Shown one piece after another: positions 8,319 to 19,446 of a stretch of 64,000 nucleotides of DNA. Each line of letters starts with the position of its first letter. Position 1 is the stretch's first letter. The notes beneath the pieces were generated by a model. That model did not search any database. It was given only the letters and a program-made list of their open reading frames with translations, and was not told the DNA's origin. The DNA comes from a virus, in IMG/VR virus record IMGVR_UViG_3300035670_000143, positions 1-64,000 of that record; one strand, written 5' to 3'. Position numbers and translations under genes: made by a program.

Positions 8319-11300
8319 ATGGCTGAAGACATCGAATTTAAAGTTCGTGCAATACTTGAGGACGAACTATCAAACGCCCTGGCATCCATGTCCAGAAGGA
8401 CTCAGGATGCTTTTTCTACTATATCTAGGCAACTTCAGGTAACAACTGCTTCTACAAGAAATTTGAGGCAAGAAACAAAGCAGTTAAATGATGTCTTTTC
8501 AAAGACCTCATACAGCGGTCGAACTGTCGGCCAAAGTATGTCATACCTTACTAACAATATTTTTTCATTAAGAAAAAGTATTCAAGAAGCAAGATCTGCT
8601 TCTAAACTTCTTAATTCCTCTCTTGATGAAATTAAGAAAAGAAGATCAGCATTATTGTCTGTTCAAAAGATGGAACAGAAAGCTGGATCTGATGGGAATC
8701 AAGCAATTATTGCTTCTGCTAAAGCAAGTATTAAAGCCTTAAGGGATCAAGAGAGAGAGATTCGTAGAGTTAAAAATGCTTTTGATTCTATTAGTACGAA
8801 TGCATTTAGATTACAGCTATCTACTTTAAATAAAGATATTGGCTTGGTTGGCAAGTCAATGGTTGATTTTGGTAAAAATCTTAACTATGTTGGTAGAAAC
8901 CTAACATTTGCTTTAACATTGCCAATTCTGGGCTTTGTTCGTTACGGTATTGACAACTTAAGAAAACTTGATAAAGAAGTTGTTAGAACAAGAAAGATTA
9001 TAAATGATGCTTTTGCATCTGATGCTGAGTTAGATACTTTTATGAATCAGCTTAGTGATGAACTTGACAATCTCTCATATAAGGTGACTGATTCATATAC
9101 CGGTCTTGGTATCGCAAGAGAACTAGTTCAGGGGCTTGCAGCCGACTTCGCTCAGCTTGGCGTTCCAGCGGGGGAGATCTTTCCTCTTGTAAGATTAACT
9201 GCCGAACTAGAGAAGATTGGTGATGTTGATATAGGAGTTGCTAGGGAATTTATTCTTTCTCAATTCCAGCAGGCTGTTCGAATTCAAAATACTGCTGCAT
9301 CAGAAGCTGGTAAAATAATTGATACAGCAGAAACAGCTGAGCGAGCAGTCAATATGATTACTGGCTCCCTCTACCAGTTGAACTTGATTGAAAACAAAAC
9401 AGTGCTTTCTCTAAAGAGCATGGCTGATGCCTTCCCAGAAATGCAAGGTATTGCTACAACATTTGGATTAACAATTCTTGAGGCAGCATCGATGTTCGCA
9501 CCGATGGTCGCCGCTGGGTTCGAAGTTGGTGCGTCGGCTAACTCTATTAAGGTTTCTTTGCAGAGAATTGTTGCGCCTACAAAGCAAAACAAAGAAATCA
9601 TGGCAGAACTTGGCAGAGCACTTGGTAAAGATTTTCAGTTTGAGGCCGGCATTGGATTAGAAACGATCCAATATTTGGTTGATGGTTTTGATGCTTTGAA
9701 AGAAAGTTCTTATGGCACTCAGGGCGCTCTAGAATTCTTTGCTCGTTTGTTCGGAGTCCGTCAGGGGCCACGTATGGAACAGGCAATTAATCAGTTGTCT
9801 ATCTTTCAAAATCAATTGCGACAGGCTGGGAGTGATGTAAATAAAATTTTTGGTACTGTTGTAGGAAGTATTAATACAGAACTTGAAAAAATCGGTATAT
9901 CGGATAGATTCTCAGCAGATACGATACAGTCTTTAGGTGAAATTGCTAGATATAGTTCTGAAGCACAGATTGCGGGTAATGATGCTGTTGTTAAAGCAAT
10001 TACTGATGGTCAACTTAATGCTATTAAACAATTAGATGATCAGTATGAGAATTTTTATGGCTCAATTACAAACGAAGCTGGCAAGGTTCTCTTAGCCCAG
10101 GCGCTAGGACCGGAAGCGGCAAAAGACATTTATAAAAAAGAATTAGAGGCGGCTAATAATACTGTTGAAGCAAAACTTGGAAGATTGAGAGAAACTTTTA
10201 AGGCTCTATCTGCACAGGTAGTGCCAGTGTTTGTTGAAATGGCTGAAGCAATTACACCTCTTATTCAAAGATTTGTTCGTTGGTTTACCGGTTTAAGCGA
10301 TGGTGCTAAAAAATTATTTGGTATTGGTCTTGCTGCTCTAGCTCTTGCTGGTCCCTTAACAACGCTTAAGTCAATATTGGCTCAGATTGTTGGCGTTGTT
10401 CTTCAAATGACTTCAAAAATACTTCCTAAACTTTTTAAATTTCTTAAATTTCCTAAAGTAATTAGTGATGGCGCTGTTCAGGCTGCTGGTGGAATTGGCG
10501 AAATGACATCTCGAATGGGTCTTTTTGGTAAAACACTTGACGCTGTTGCTGGTAAGTTCCCAAAATTTGCAAATGCTTTGGATTATGCTTTTGGTGGTAT
10601 TGGTAGTTATAGACAGGATGTTATTCAGTTAGGTAATACAACTCTTGGAATGGGCAGGGGTAGATCTAACTTAGTAAGAATGCTTCTTGGTTCCGGTAAA
10701 TTAAGTACTGTTGCAAGAAGTGATTTGGATATTCTAGCAAATCAGATAGTTGATCAAACAACAGTTTCTGTTGGCAGACGTTCTCGCGTTAAGCAGGGTT
10801 CTGGCAATATACTTTCTTCACTTCTTGGGCTTAATAGAATAAGTGGTTGGTTTAAAAATCCTGTAAATGAAATTATTGATGGCTTGAATGGTGTCGCTAA
10901 AGCAGAGGATTACGTTTCTTCTTATATTCAGCAGGCTACTGCGTTTTTAGCAACTCAAGCTAAGACTGGTAACACTAAAGCTAGATCAATGCGTAATGTC
11001 AAGAATGCTGTTGATGGAGTTACTAAAGCAGAAAAAGAAGCAGGATATACAATTAAAAAGACTACGCAAGCGACCGCTGCTTCAACAATGCCTACTGTTA
11101 TATCTAAGCGTAGAACTGGTGACCGACCGGTTGGAACGGGTTATGGGTCTCTTGTCTCAGAAAAAGATGTAAGAGCGCAAAGATTAATACCACCGGTTAC
11201 CATTCCTGGTATCGCCAAGTTAAATCAAGAAATTGAAAAAGAATTGGAAAGGATTAAGGGTCTATCTAGAAAAGGCCCACGCTCTGTAACTGCTGGCTGG

Positions 11301-14300
11301 GAAAGACTGTTTGGTAAGGCTGGGAAACTCGGTGTCTCCCCTCAGGATGCAAGCACTGCTTTGCTTGGCTTTACTGATAGAGCAAATGCGCTAATTCAAA
11401 AACCTGGAAAGGCTGTTAGTGAGGCCGTATCAAAATCTGTCGAAACAACATTAGATAAATTAACAGGGATGATGCCTCTTACGTCAGAAGCGATACTCTC
11501 TTCTTTCTCTCAATATAATGACAGCATTACAAAGTCTGGCGGTAAAGTTAGTGATATTGTTAAGATCACCCAATCCAAGATTGCTCAAAAACTTGGCTCC
11601 GCTGGTCTCACGTTCCAGTCTGACACGTTAAAGGGAATTCTTGATGAGTTTTCAAAAGGTACAGTTTTAAATGTTGGTGGGGTCATAGACACACTTGAGG
11701 CTGGTGCTACCCCCACGAAGAAACAGTTCAAAGATTTGTTTAGGGGTTTTGGTCGTGGTACAAGTGCTAAATTGTTCCCATCAAATATTAAAGATGATAT
11801 TCAAGCAATGATTCTTGGTGATAAAGATATTATTAAAGCCATAAAAAGAGCTCCAGTGACTGCTGTTGATTACGCTGTTGAGGCAACTAAGGATTTATAT
11901 GATGATTTCGAAGAAGGCACAACAATGCAATTCTTGGATCGCGTTAAGAAGCTGGAAGAGGATGCATCAGATCCAAAGTCTCGTCGTCGTATCCGTGATT
12001 TAACTAAAGGCATTTTACAAAAAACAACAGGGCCGGCGTACTATAGCGATTATATACCTGAAAGAAAGAGAGCTCGTTTAGGGACTCTTCATTTGGAAGA
12101 AGCCTCTATAAAAGAAGCAGAATCTTTAAGAAGAAAAATTGCAGATCTTGAGGCAGCAAGAGCATCTGTGGAGAGAGCAGCAGAGCGTTCTGTTTCTGAA
12201 GCATTGAGTCAATCTTATACACCAAGAACAGTTGATGAATTTATTAATGATGCTAAAAGAGGAGTATTTGAACCTAGAGAGGGTATGAGCAAGGCTGAGG
12301 CTACAGCGGTTAAATCTGGATTTGGTGCTGGGTATCAGAGAAGACTGAAAAAGATAGATGAAGATATTTCTAAAGCAAGAGCAAGGCTCGGTCTTGTATC
12401 TAAACAAGCCCCAGGTTTTTATGCAAGAAATATGCCTTTACCAAAAACATTGGATGAACTTGAGGATATAGCATCTGGGATTGGGAGATTGGGCGATGCT
12501 CCTATTGTTGATGTTATTGGGGATAGAAGACCATCAGACTTTAGTTATGAGGCACTACAGTCGGTCAGGGGGGCGAGAATTGAAAGAGAAATGGGGATGC
12601 CTTTCAGACAAGTTGGGGAAGGCGGAATCATACGCTCAAGAGGTAGAAATGTAAGAGATCTTATCCTTCGCGGTAGGAAGAAGATGGCGGAGGAGGCAAG
12701 AAGAAAATTTGCTTTCATGAGCCGTAAGCAGTACCCAGGTCTTTGGGCTGCGGCTGACATGCTAAAGAAGAATACTGGGTTAATGTCAATGTTGCCTTTG
12801 GCTGCTCTTGGCCCTGCTCTGGCTGGTATGGCTGATGTTCCTGGTGGTTTGTTAGGAAAACTGTTTGGTGGTGGTGCTGCCGGTGCAGCAATGATGGCTG
12901 TTGGTGGTGGTATTGGTGGTGGTGGTCTTGAAGAAACTCTTCTTGATAAGTTACTAGCAAAAAGAGTTGGTGATCCTAAGAAGGCTAAGGATTTCAAAAA
13001 AGCTATTATTGCTAAATTAACTAGCCTTGGTGGTGAAGGCAAAAGCTATCTTGATATATTAACTCAACCTTTGAGTGCGCTTGGTGATCAGGTTGATGAT
13101 CTAGTTTCAGGTCTTCCTGATGTTGTTAGACCTAAGAAATCGGTCAGTAGAATTACTGATATTATTTCTAAAGGCCCAGAGGCAATTGCTAAAAATGTTA
13201 ATCATGTTGTTGATACAGCAGCTAGATCGCTTGATCAAATAATTGGTCCAGATGGTGACATTGCTAATGTCGGTTCAAATATTGATAATATGCTTAACAG
13301 AAGTATTTCTGTTTCGCAAAAAAGAAGTGCTGCTAATATCAAGGAAAGTGTTGATGAAGTTAAAAAATCCACTAAAGAGATTCGCCCTGAGCGATATTTG
13401 CAAAATATATCTGATTCAATAACTGATCCACTTGAAAAATTAAATGCTGCTAAAGATGAAGCCGTGAAGGATATTGTTAAGCAGGCTAGAACTCGCTCTA
13501 CAGAAAGAAAGCCGCGCATTGATGCTTTGAGAAGAATTGGTCAAGATCTTGGATTAAGTGACGAAGCAATTGATGGAGTGCTCAAGTCATTTAGTGATGA
13601 TATTGCTACAGTTAATAAGTCACTAGGCAGAACTCCTTCTGGTGCAAAAATACAGGGCGAGGGCAGAAAGAGCGTTCAGGCTGTAGAAGAGAAAGTAACC
13701 AAGACTCGTAAAAAGGCTAGTGAAACTGTCAAAACAGCCATTACTAAAGATATATGGGATGCGGCAGAAGAGGCAAAAGATGCTGCTATAGCAGCATCAA
13801 GAGTACCTGTTCCTTCAGCGGGTCAATTAATTTATGAAAGAGGAATGGCTCAGATTGAAGAGGCTAAGGCGAAAGCCAAGGCTGTTGTTGCTAAAGATAT
13901 TTGGGATGATGTTGCTGAGACTGCGGATGAGGCTGCTGCAGCAGTTGTTGTTGGAACACAAACAACTAGCACACCGACACCTCCACCTCCGACTCGTCAG
14001 ACCAGGCATGTAAAGAGAACCAGGCGCGTTGTTGGGGCTACGGTCGCTAAGGCGGGCTATGATTATGTTCAGATGATGCATGATGCTGCTATGGCTCATG
14101 CTCTTGCATCAATGGGTATGAGCATGGCTGGTGCTGGCGCAATTGCTGGCGCTGCTACTGGTGCTGCGCGAGGTCGTGTTGCTACTGCGATAGGTAGAGG
14201 TTTAACTACTCCGTTTACTAAACTTGGCAATAGTGTTTCTTATGCAACTATAGCATTTGGCAGGTTCTCTTCTGTGTTCCTTGGGTTCATCCCGATTTTT

Positions 14301-17300
14301 GGCAAGATGATTAGTCAAGGTCTTGTGCGTTCTGGTGTTGGTGCTTTAAATGCATCACGGGGTGTAAGCGGTGGGCTTAGGTCTCGTGTTGATGCTACAG
14401 AGTGGGGTAAAGTTGGCAAAACATTTGGTAAAATTGGTGCTGATTTTACTGGCATGCTTGTTGGTTTTGCAAGACTTCTCAACCCACTCGGTGTGATTGC
14501 TGGATTAGTTAAGTCTATAGTAACCGGTTTAAAAATTGCTCTAATGGCTTCTGGTATCGGAATTCTTATTGGATTATTAGTTGCAGCAGTTATAGCAGTT
14601 AAGTCATCGATTCAAAATTTTGAGCCTATTATTGCTAAACTAAAAGAAGCATGGGGTTACATTAAAGAAGCACTCCAGATAATTGCAAAGCCTTTGATGG
14701 ACATGATTCTTGCTTTCGCTGGCGCTTCCGCTTCTGCTAAGAATACTGGTGATTCATTGGAGGATTCAGCGAATTCCTCTAGGTCTGCATTTTCAGCAAT
14801 TGTTATCGGCATTAATTTTATTGCTAAGAAATTTAGGGAAAATGCAGATAAAATTGCAAAGTTTGTAAAGGAAAAAGTTGTTCCTGTTCTTGTATCTATT
14901 GTTAATACAGTTATTTCAATCGGTAAAGTAATCTACTTTGTGTTCACAGGTCAATTTGATAAGGCTGGCGATGCTGGTGCTGAGATGTTTATGCGTATTG
15001 GGCATGCTTTCTTAAGTCTTGTGAAGACTGTTGTTCCTATATTAAAGAGTTTACTACAAGCTGCAATTGTTGGATTTGGTAAACTAGCAGATTTCATATT
15101 TACTGCAATTACAAAAGCAATATCTGCAGCTCTTGAATGGGGTACATCTAAATTAGGTGGATGGATAGTAGGCGCTGGGAAGTGGATAGCCAATTCAATA
15201 TTCTTAACACCTGGTACATTTGATAATTCATTCTGGTCTTGGGGTGGAAGTCTTCTTGAAAAGGGTTGGGATGGTCTATGGGGTAAAGTATTTGGTGACG
15301 ACAAAGCAGAAAACGCTGGTCGTCAGGCGGGTCAAGATCTTGCAAATGGAATGTGGGAAGAGTATTATAATTCACGAATAGAAGCAGGTATGGCTGATGA
15401 ATTCACTAGTCGTCTTATGGATCAAGATGTTAATTTAGGAGACTGGCTTCTTGAGAAACTTGATTTTGATCAAGGATGGATTGAATCTATTGTCGGTGGT
15501 CTTCTTGATGGTGTTGATTGGCTAGCCAATGGTTTGATTGGTGCTATCGATAGCGCATTAGAAAGTATTGCTGAATCATTTAAAAAGAAGTTTGGTAGAG
15601 AAATTGATGTTCCTATTTCACTAACTCCAGATGGAGAAAAGAGTGAATTACAAAAAGAAATTGATGAACTTGTATCGGAGATTTCTGGTGCTCTTGAAGG
15701 AACTGGTGAGGAAATTGGTAACGCTGTCGGTGGTGCGGTCAAGGATGCGTTGAAAGATTTACAGCAGAGATTTGTCGATCTTGTTGTTGACTATCTTGGT
15801 GATAGAGTTTCTAAGTATAAGTCTCAACTTACTGAACTTCTTGAAGAACAAAAAGAGAAGCAGTTGCAGTATTTTGATGATCAACTTGCTGCATTAGATG
15901 CTCTTGAAAAGGCAGAAGAAGAATTAACAGAAACTAAAGATTATGAGACTGGTCGTCGTCGTATGATTGAGGATCGTGATCTCCAGAGAGCGAAGTATCA
16001 ACGTGAAAGAGCTCTTGCTATTTACGAGGGTCGTGTTGATGATGCTCGTACTCTTGATCTTGAAGAGGAAAAGAATACTAAGTCTTTTAGAGATGAACTT
16101 GATCAGTATGATGGTGATAGAGCTAAGCAACTTCAGAGCCGACAGAGAGAAACTGTAAAGCAGATTTTAGAACAGCAGAAGAAAGATGCTGAAAAGGCTT
16201 TCGATGAGATCATTAAGAATTACGAAAAGTTTGTTGAAGACATCGGTAAGTATGGCACATATAATCAAGAAGAACTCGCAAAGCAGTTTGAGGAAATAAG
16301 AGGAAAAGCAGCAGAGGCCACTGCTGCAATGCAGACATCGTTTAGAGAGTATTATCTTGAGATACCGAAGATTATTCAGCAGTATACTGATCCAACTGTC
16401 GGTTTCTTTTCTGAGCCTTTAGATAAATTAATTTCGATTGCTAAGACTAAGTTTGGTCTTGGTGCTGATTCCGGCGCTTCTGCTGATTCTATTCTTGGCA
16501 ATACTGCTGCTTTGATGCGTGAGATCGGCCAGACATTTATTGACATGGGGCCAACGGCGGGTCAGTCGTTTGAAACAGCATTCTCTGCTGTTATCGACAA
16601 TTACATCACACCTATTGTCGATAAGATGCAAGAAGCATTCTTTGGATTTGACATTGCAGCAATTTTCCAAGAAGCAATTGACAATGCCAACATGGTTCTG
16701 ATCAGGGAACAGCAGAAACTTATTGATGGCATGGGTTCTTTGGTTAAGGATATGATTAGTTTATTGGATCCTGCTATTGCTAAATGGTATGCGTTACAGG
16801 CTGCAATTGAGGCAGCAGCGGGTGCTGCTAAGTCTTCTGGTGGAAGCACTGGTGGCGGTGGGTTCGACCCAGGAGATGGCGCTCCTGTGGTTAATATATC
16901 ACAATCGATTACATCATTCTTTAATAAACTATTCCCAAGATCTGCTTTTGAATCTGGCAGTGAGGGTACAATAGCCAGAAATACAGTATTGACTAAACTT
17001 ATGTCAACACTGCCAGCGTTTATTAGTGATGTTAGCACTGGTAAATATACGATTAGTGCTTTATTGAATTATCTTGCTCCGAATACAGGGATAAATATGT
17101 ATTTAAGGAAGTTCTTGCAAGATTCTGGCTTCCTTAGTGCTGTTGGGGTGTCTAGATATTTTGGTGGTGTAATACCAAGCTTTGGTTATGGCGGTAAGAT
17201 GAAGAAGTATGGTCTCGGTGGATTCGCAGTCCCAGGTTTTGCTTCTACTGCTGTGCCGGCATTATTACATGGCGGTGAATATGTTGTAAATGCTAAGGCT

Positions 17301-17564
17301 GTTCAGGCAATAGGAATGTCTACACTACAGAATCTTAATAATATGAGGTTCACTTCACCAGGAAGAATGCAGTCTCCGCAAGTTACAACAATTAACGAAA
17401 CTAAGAATGTTAATATTTATGTTGATAACTTTATTGGTGAACAGCAGTGGTTTGAGTCGATGATGAAGGAGTACAATGTCAAAGTGGCTCCCAGGAATCA
17501 GAAGTCGGCTGGTCTTGAGGTGAGAACTGTGAGTTCTTACTCTGGTTTGAATAGGGGTCTGTGA
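8319..17564 (+). CDS. Tape measure protein (~3080 aa)
   Basis: Follows the chaperones; coiled-coil N-terminus, TMP core, hydrophobic/amphipathic repeats, C-terminal VPALLHGGEYVVNAKAV. Confidence 0.9.
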   Translation: MAEDIEFKVRAILEDELSNALASMSRRTQDAFSTISRQLQVTTASTRNLRQETKQLNDVFSKTSYSGRTVGQSMSYLTNNIFSLRKSIQEARSASKLLNSSLDEIKKRRSALLSVQKMEQKAGSDGNQAIIASAKASIKALRDQEREIRRVKNAFDSISTNAFRLQLSTLNKDIGLVGKSMVDFGKNLNYVGRNLTFALTLPILGFVRYGIDNLRKLDKEVVRTRKIINDAFASDAELDTFMNQLSDELDNLSYKVTDSYTGLGIARELVQGLAADFAQLGVPAGEIFPLVRLTAELEKIGDVDIGVAREFILSQFQQAVRIQNTAASEAGKIIDTAETAERAVNMITGSLYQLNLIENKTVLSLKSMADAFPEMQGIATTFGLTILEAASMFAPMVAAGFEVGASANSIKVSLQRIVAPTKQNKEIMAELGRALGKDFQFEAGIGLETIQYLVDGFDALKESSYGTQGALEFFARLFGVRQGPRMEQAINQLSIFQNQLRQAGSDVNKIFGTVVGSINTELEKIGISDRFSADTIQSLGEIARYSSEAQIAGNDAVVKAITDGQLNAIKQLDDQYENFYGSITNEAGKVLLAQALGPEAAKDIYKKELEAANNTVEAKLGRLRETFKALSAQVVPVFVEMAEAITPLIQRFVRWFTGLSDGAKKLFGIGLAALALAGPLTTLKSILAQIVGVVLQMTSKILPKLFKFLKFPKVISDGAVQAAGGIGEMTSRMGLFGKTLDAVAGKFPKFANALDYAFGGIGSYRQDVIQLGNTTLGMGRGRSNLVRMLLGSGKLSTVARSDLDILANQIVDQTTVSVGRRSRVKQGSGNILSSLLGLNRISGWFKNPVNEIIDGLNGVAKAEDYVSSYIQQATAFLATQAKTGNTKARSMRNVKNAVDGVTKAEKEAGYTIKKTTQATAASTMPTVISKRRTGDRPVGTGYGSLVSEKDVRAQRLIPPVTIPGIAKLNQEIEKELERIKGLSRKGPRSVTAGWERLFGKAGKLGVSPQDASTALLGFTDRANALIQKPGKAVSEAVSKSVETTLDKLTGMMPLTSEAILSSFSQYNDSITKSGGKVSDIVKITQSKIAQKLGSAGLTFQSDTLKGILDEFSKGTVLNVGGVIDTLEAGATPTKKQFKDLFRGFGRGTSAKLFPSNIKDDIQAMILGDKDIIKAIKRAPVTAVDYAVEATKDLYDDFEEGTTMQFLDRVKKLEEDASDPKSRRRIRDLTKGILQKTTGPAYYSDYIPERKRARLGTLHLEEASIKEAESLRRKIADLEAARASVERAAERSVSEALSQSYTPRTVDEFINDAKRGVFEPREGMSKAEATAVKSGFGAGYQRRLKKIDEDISKARARLGLVSKQAPGFYARNMPLPKTLDELEDIASGIGRLGDAPIVDVIGDRRPSDFSYEALQSVRGARIEREMGMPFRQVGEGGIIRSRGRNVRDLILRGRKKMAEEARRKFAFMSRKQYPGLWAAADMLKKNTGLMSMLPLAALGPALAGMADVPGGLLGKLFGGGAAGAAMMAVGGGIGGGGLEETLLDKLLAKRVGDPKKAKDFKKAIIAKLTSLGGEGKSYLDILTQPLSALGDQVDDLVSGLPDVVRPKKSVSRITDIISKGPEAIAKNVNHVVDTAARSLDQIIGPDGDIANVGSNIDNMLNRSISVSQKRSAANIKESVDEVKKSTKEIRPERYLQNISDSITDPLEKLNAAKDEAVKDIVKQARTRSTERKPRIDALRRIGQDLGLSDEAIDGVLKSFSDDIATVNKSLGRTPSGAKIQGEGRKSVQAVEEKVTKTRKKASETVKTAITKDIWDAAEEAKDAAIAASRVPVPSAGQLIYERGMAQIEEAKAKAKAVVAKDIWDDVAETADEAAAAVVVGTQTTSTPTPPPPTRQTRHVKRTRRVVGATVAKAGYDYVQMMHDAAMAHALASMGMSMAGAGAIAGAATGAARGRVATAIGRGLTTPFTKLGNSVSYATIAFGRFSSVFLGFIPIFGKMISQGLVRSGVGALNASRGVSGGLRSRVDATEWGKVGKTFGKIGADFTGMLVGFARLLNPLGVIAGLVKSIVTGLKIALMASGIGILIGLLVAAVIAVKSSIQNFEPIIAKLKEAWGYIKEALQIIAKPLMDMILAFAGASASAKNTGDSLEDSANSSRSAFSAIVIGINFIAKKFRENADKIAKFVKEKVVPVLVSIVNTVISIGKVIYFVFTGQFDKAGDAGAEMFMRIGHAFLSLVKTVVPILKSLLQAAIVGFGKLADFIFTAITKAISAALEWGTSKLGGWIVGAGKWIANSIFLTPGTFDNSFWSWGGSLLEKGWDGLWGKVFGDDKAENAGRQAGQDLANGMWEEYYNSRIEAGMADEFTSRLMDQDVNLGDWLLEKLDFDQGWIESIVGGLLDGVDWLANGLIGAIDSALESIAESFKKKFGREIDVPISLTPDGEKSELQKEIDELVSEISGALEGTGEEIGNAVGGAVKDALKDLQQRFVDLVVDYLGDRVSKYKSQLTELLEEQKEKQLQYFDDQLAALDALEKAEEELTETKDYETGRRRMIEDRDLQRAKYQRERALAIYEGRVDDARTLDLEEEKNTKSFRDELDQYDGDRAKQLQSRQRETVKQILEQQKKDAEKAFDEIIKNYEKFVEDIGKYGTYNQEELAKQFEEIRGKAAEATAAMQTSFREYYLEIPKIIQQYTDPTVGFFSEPLDKLISIAKTKFGLGADSGASADSILGNTAALMREIGQTFIDMGPTAGQSFETAFSAVIDNYITPIVDKMQEAFFGFDIAAIFQEAIDNANMVLIREQQKLIDGMGSLVKDMISLLDPAIAKWYALQAAIEAAAGAAKSSGGSTGGGGFDPGDGAPVVNISQSITSFFNKLFPRSAFESGSEGTIARNTVLTKLMSTLPAFISDVSTGKYTISALLNYLAPNTGINMYLRKFLQDSGFLSAVGVSRYFGGVIPSFGYGGKMKKYGLGGFAVPGFASTAVPALLHGGEYVVNAKAVQAIGMSTLQNLNNMRFTSPGRMQSPQVTTINETKNVNIYVDNFIGEQQWFESMMKEYNVKVAPRNQKSAGLEVRTVSSYSGLNRGL

Positions 17565-17959
17565 TGTCTATTATTTCTTTTTTTTCTCTTAATGGAACAG
17601 AGATAACTGAGCATAATAGAAAGTATGACTCAGGACAGTATCAGCAACTTTCTGATGTTGAGACCGCATCGGGCCGTCTAAAAAGATTTTATAAGAACAA
17701 TAAAAAGGTGATGAAGTTTCAGTTTTCATATTTGCCATCTTTGTCTAGCAAGACTGTGGACGGTCGTGCGGGGAGAGATTTTCTTCATAATTTGGCGCTC
17801 AACAATCCTAATGTAACAGTCCAATATCAGGATGAGCCGTCAGCTCCGGTTCGACAGATCCAGGGGTTTATTTCTAACTATAGCGAGTCAATTGTGAGAA
17901 GGGATCTCCAGACTCAATGTACTTATTATGATATTGATTTTGTAATAGAGGAAAGGTAA
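17564..17959 (+). CDS. Distal tail (Dit-like) minor tail protein
   Basis: Directly after the TMP; shares TEHNR..SYLP..TVD..GRD motifs with the C-terminus of 21385-23439. Confidence 0.6.
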   Translation: MSIISFFSLNGTEITEHNRKYDSGQYQQLSDVETASGRLKRFYKNNKKVMKFQFSYLPSLSSKTVDGRAGRDFLHNLALNNPNVTVQYQDEPSAPVRQIQGFISNYSESIVRRDLQTQCTYYDIDFVIEER

Positions 17960-18009
17960 GATGGGCGTTTTTATAGATAAATATGATATAATTTTCATAA
18001 GGAGTCATT

Positions 18010-18237
18010 ATGGCAATTAATTTTCCGGTGTCTTTAGATACCTTAACCAACCCGCTTGGTAGTGATTCGATGGTCGCTGTCCCTCACGCTGATCAGCATG
18101 CTGATGCTAATGATGCGATTGAGGCTTTGCAGGTAAAGGTTGGAATAGATGGCTCAGAAGATGTGAATTCTTTAGACTATAAAGTTCGTAATCTATCATC
18201 TGATGTTATTGCTTTAATCGTTGCTTTAGGAGGATAA
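18010..18237 (+). CDS. Small virion/tail-fibre-associated protein
   Basis: FPxSLD..NP..HA.QHA.ANDA.EALQ.KVG..SLDYKV, paralogous to the N-terminus of 19824. Confidence 0.6.
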   Translation: MAINFPVSLDTLTNPLGSDSMVAVPHADQHADANDAIEALQVKVGIDGSEDVNSLDYKVRNLSSDVIALIVALGG

Positions 18238-18238
18238 A

Positions 18239-18559
18239 ATGGCAAATACTTTTAAGGTTTATCGTGCTGCTCTTGGCGGATCGGCGGGTGTTGTTTATAC
18301 CACTCCGTCTGCTACTACTACTGTTGTTCTCATGATTCAAGCCGCCAATGTTGATAATACCGGAGTTGTGCCTGTAACTGCAACATGGAATGACGGAACT
18401 AACGATACACACTTAGTTAAGGGATTAGAAATTCCCAGCAAGGCTGCCGTGAATCTGATCTCAGGGAAACTTGTGCTTGAGGCAGGTGACACACTCAGTG
18501 CAAACAGTGACGCTACCAATAAAGTTGAAATTACTGTTTCACTATTGGAGATTAGTTAA
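18239..18559 (+). CDS. Virion structural protein (beta-sandwich)
   Basis: MANTFK..VYTTPSATT..KLVLEAGD..SLLEIS pattern typical of phage tail clusters; SD AGGAGG. Confidence 0.55.
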   Translation: MANTFKVYRAALGGSAGVVYTTPSATTTVVLMIQAANVDNTGVVPVTATWNDGTNDTHLVKGLEIPSKAAVNLISGKLVLEAGDTLSANSDATNKVEITVSLLEIS

Positions 18560-19230
18560 TGAGCGAGCCTTTTGTTGGTCCTATTCCAGTTGTATCTTCT
18601 AGTTCTGCTAGTGGAATATGGGGCGTGGGCGATGTCTATCAATATCGGTCAAAGGGTTCTTGGCCTCTTTATATATCTAACTCAGAAAGCAATCCAGCTA
18701 ATTCACCGACTGATCTAAAGGCCGCAGGACCGCCTCCTAATGGTTTTTATTGGTATCAAAGCGGATCTATGACTGCTGCAGTTAGTTTATATACAGATTT
18801 TGACCTAGTAGACAGCAAGGCATGGGTTCGTGTTTTTAGTTCTCCATATAATAGCACTGCGACAGTTAATGAAGTTGGCAAAAGCATACCTTGGAATGGT
18901 TTCCTCATACAGAGAAATGATGCTGGTTTACGTGGTTATACATATTTTGGTTCGAATCAGTTGTTTAATACAAGAAGTTCTACTGATACTTCGACAGGGG
19001 GTAATCGCAGCGGGATGCGTGTTTTTATAGGGGCTGCTGGCGGTCATGGAATTTATTCAACTGCACAAAATCCATGCAATTGGCCAGATGGCGTGAATGC
19101 AATAGGTGCTGGCTGGAATGGAAGCACTTGCGGAAGCTTCCCAGACGGTCTGCTCTGGGGAACGGGTCAAAGTGGTAACCCTGTATATTTAAATGCAAGT
19201 GGTACTTGGGAAACATGGATAACTTGGTAA
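18559..19230 (+). CDS. Tail-associated lectin/fibrinogen-C-like protein
   Basis: SGIWG N-terminus; NGFYWY..LYTDFD..WVRV pattern. Confidence 0.5.
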   Translation: MSEPFVGPIPVVSSSSASGIWGVGDVYQYRSKGSWPLYISNSESNPANSPTDLKAAGPPPNGFYWYQSGSMTAAVSLYTDFDLVDSKAWVRVFSSPYNSTATVNEVGKSIPWNGFLIQRNDAGLRGYTYFGSNQLFNTRSSTDTSTGGNRSGMRVFIGAAGGHGIYSTAQNPCNWPDGVNAIGAGWNGSTCGSFPDGLLWGTGQSGNPVYLNASGTWETWITW

Positions 19231-19397
19231 CCTCCATTCTAGGCAAAAATGTTTCGGATCTGGCTATGAAAAGATTTAATATTTGCCTTAAATGTCCATA
19301 TATATCTGAATATAGATGTTCATTCAAAAATTGTGGGTGCTTCGTGTCAGTTATTGTCCAAGATATCAATAAAAAATGCCCAGATGGTAATTGGTAA
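19206..19397 (+). CDS. Small Cys-rich protein (DUF6171-like)
   Basis: RFNICLKCP..C..CGCF..CPDGNW. Confidence 0.6.
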   Translation: MGNMDNLVTSILGKNVSDLAMKRFNICLKCPYISEYRCSFKNCGCFVSVIVQDINKKCPDGNW

Positions 19398-19446
19398 TTT
19401 TGATTTATACATTTTTTAATGGTATTATATGTATGTGAGGTAAGCA

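Noticed and set aside
9371-17038. Many minus-strand and alternate-frame ORFs inside the tape measure gene
   Set aside because: No recognisable motifs or convincing SDs; explained by sense-strand codon bias
16855-18960. GGTTCGA T-loop-like strings (about 16861 and 18950) as tRNAs
   Set aside because: Inside coding regions with no cloverleaf context
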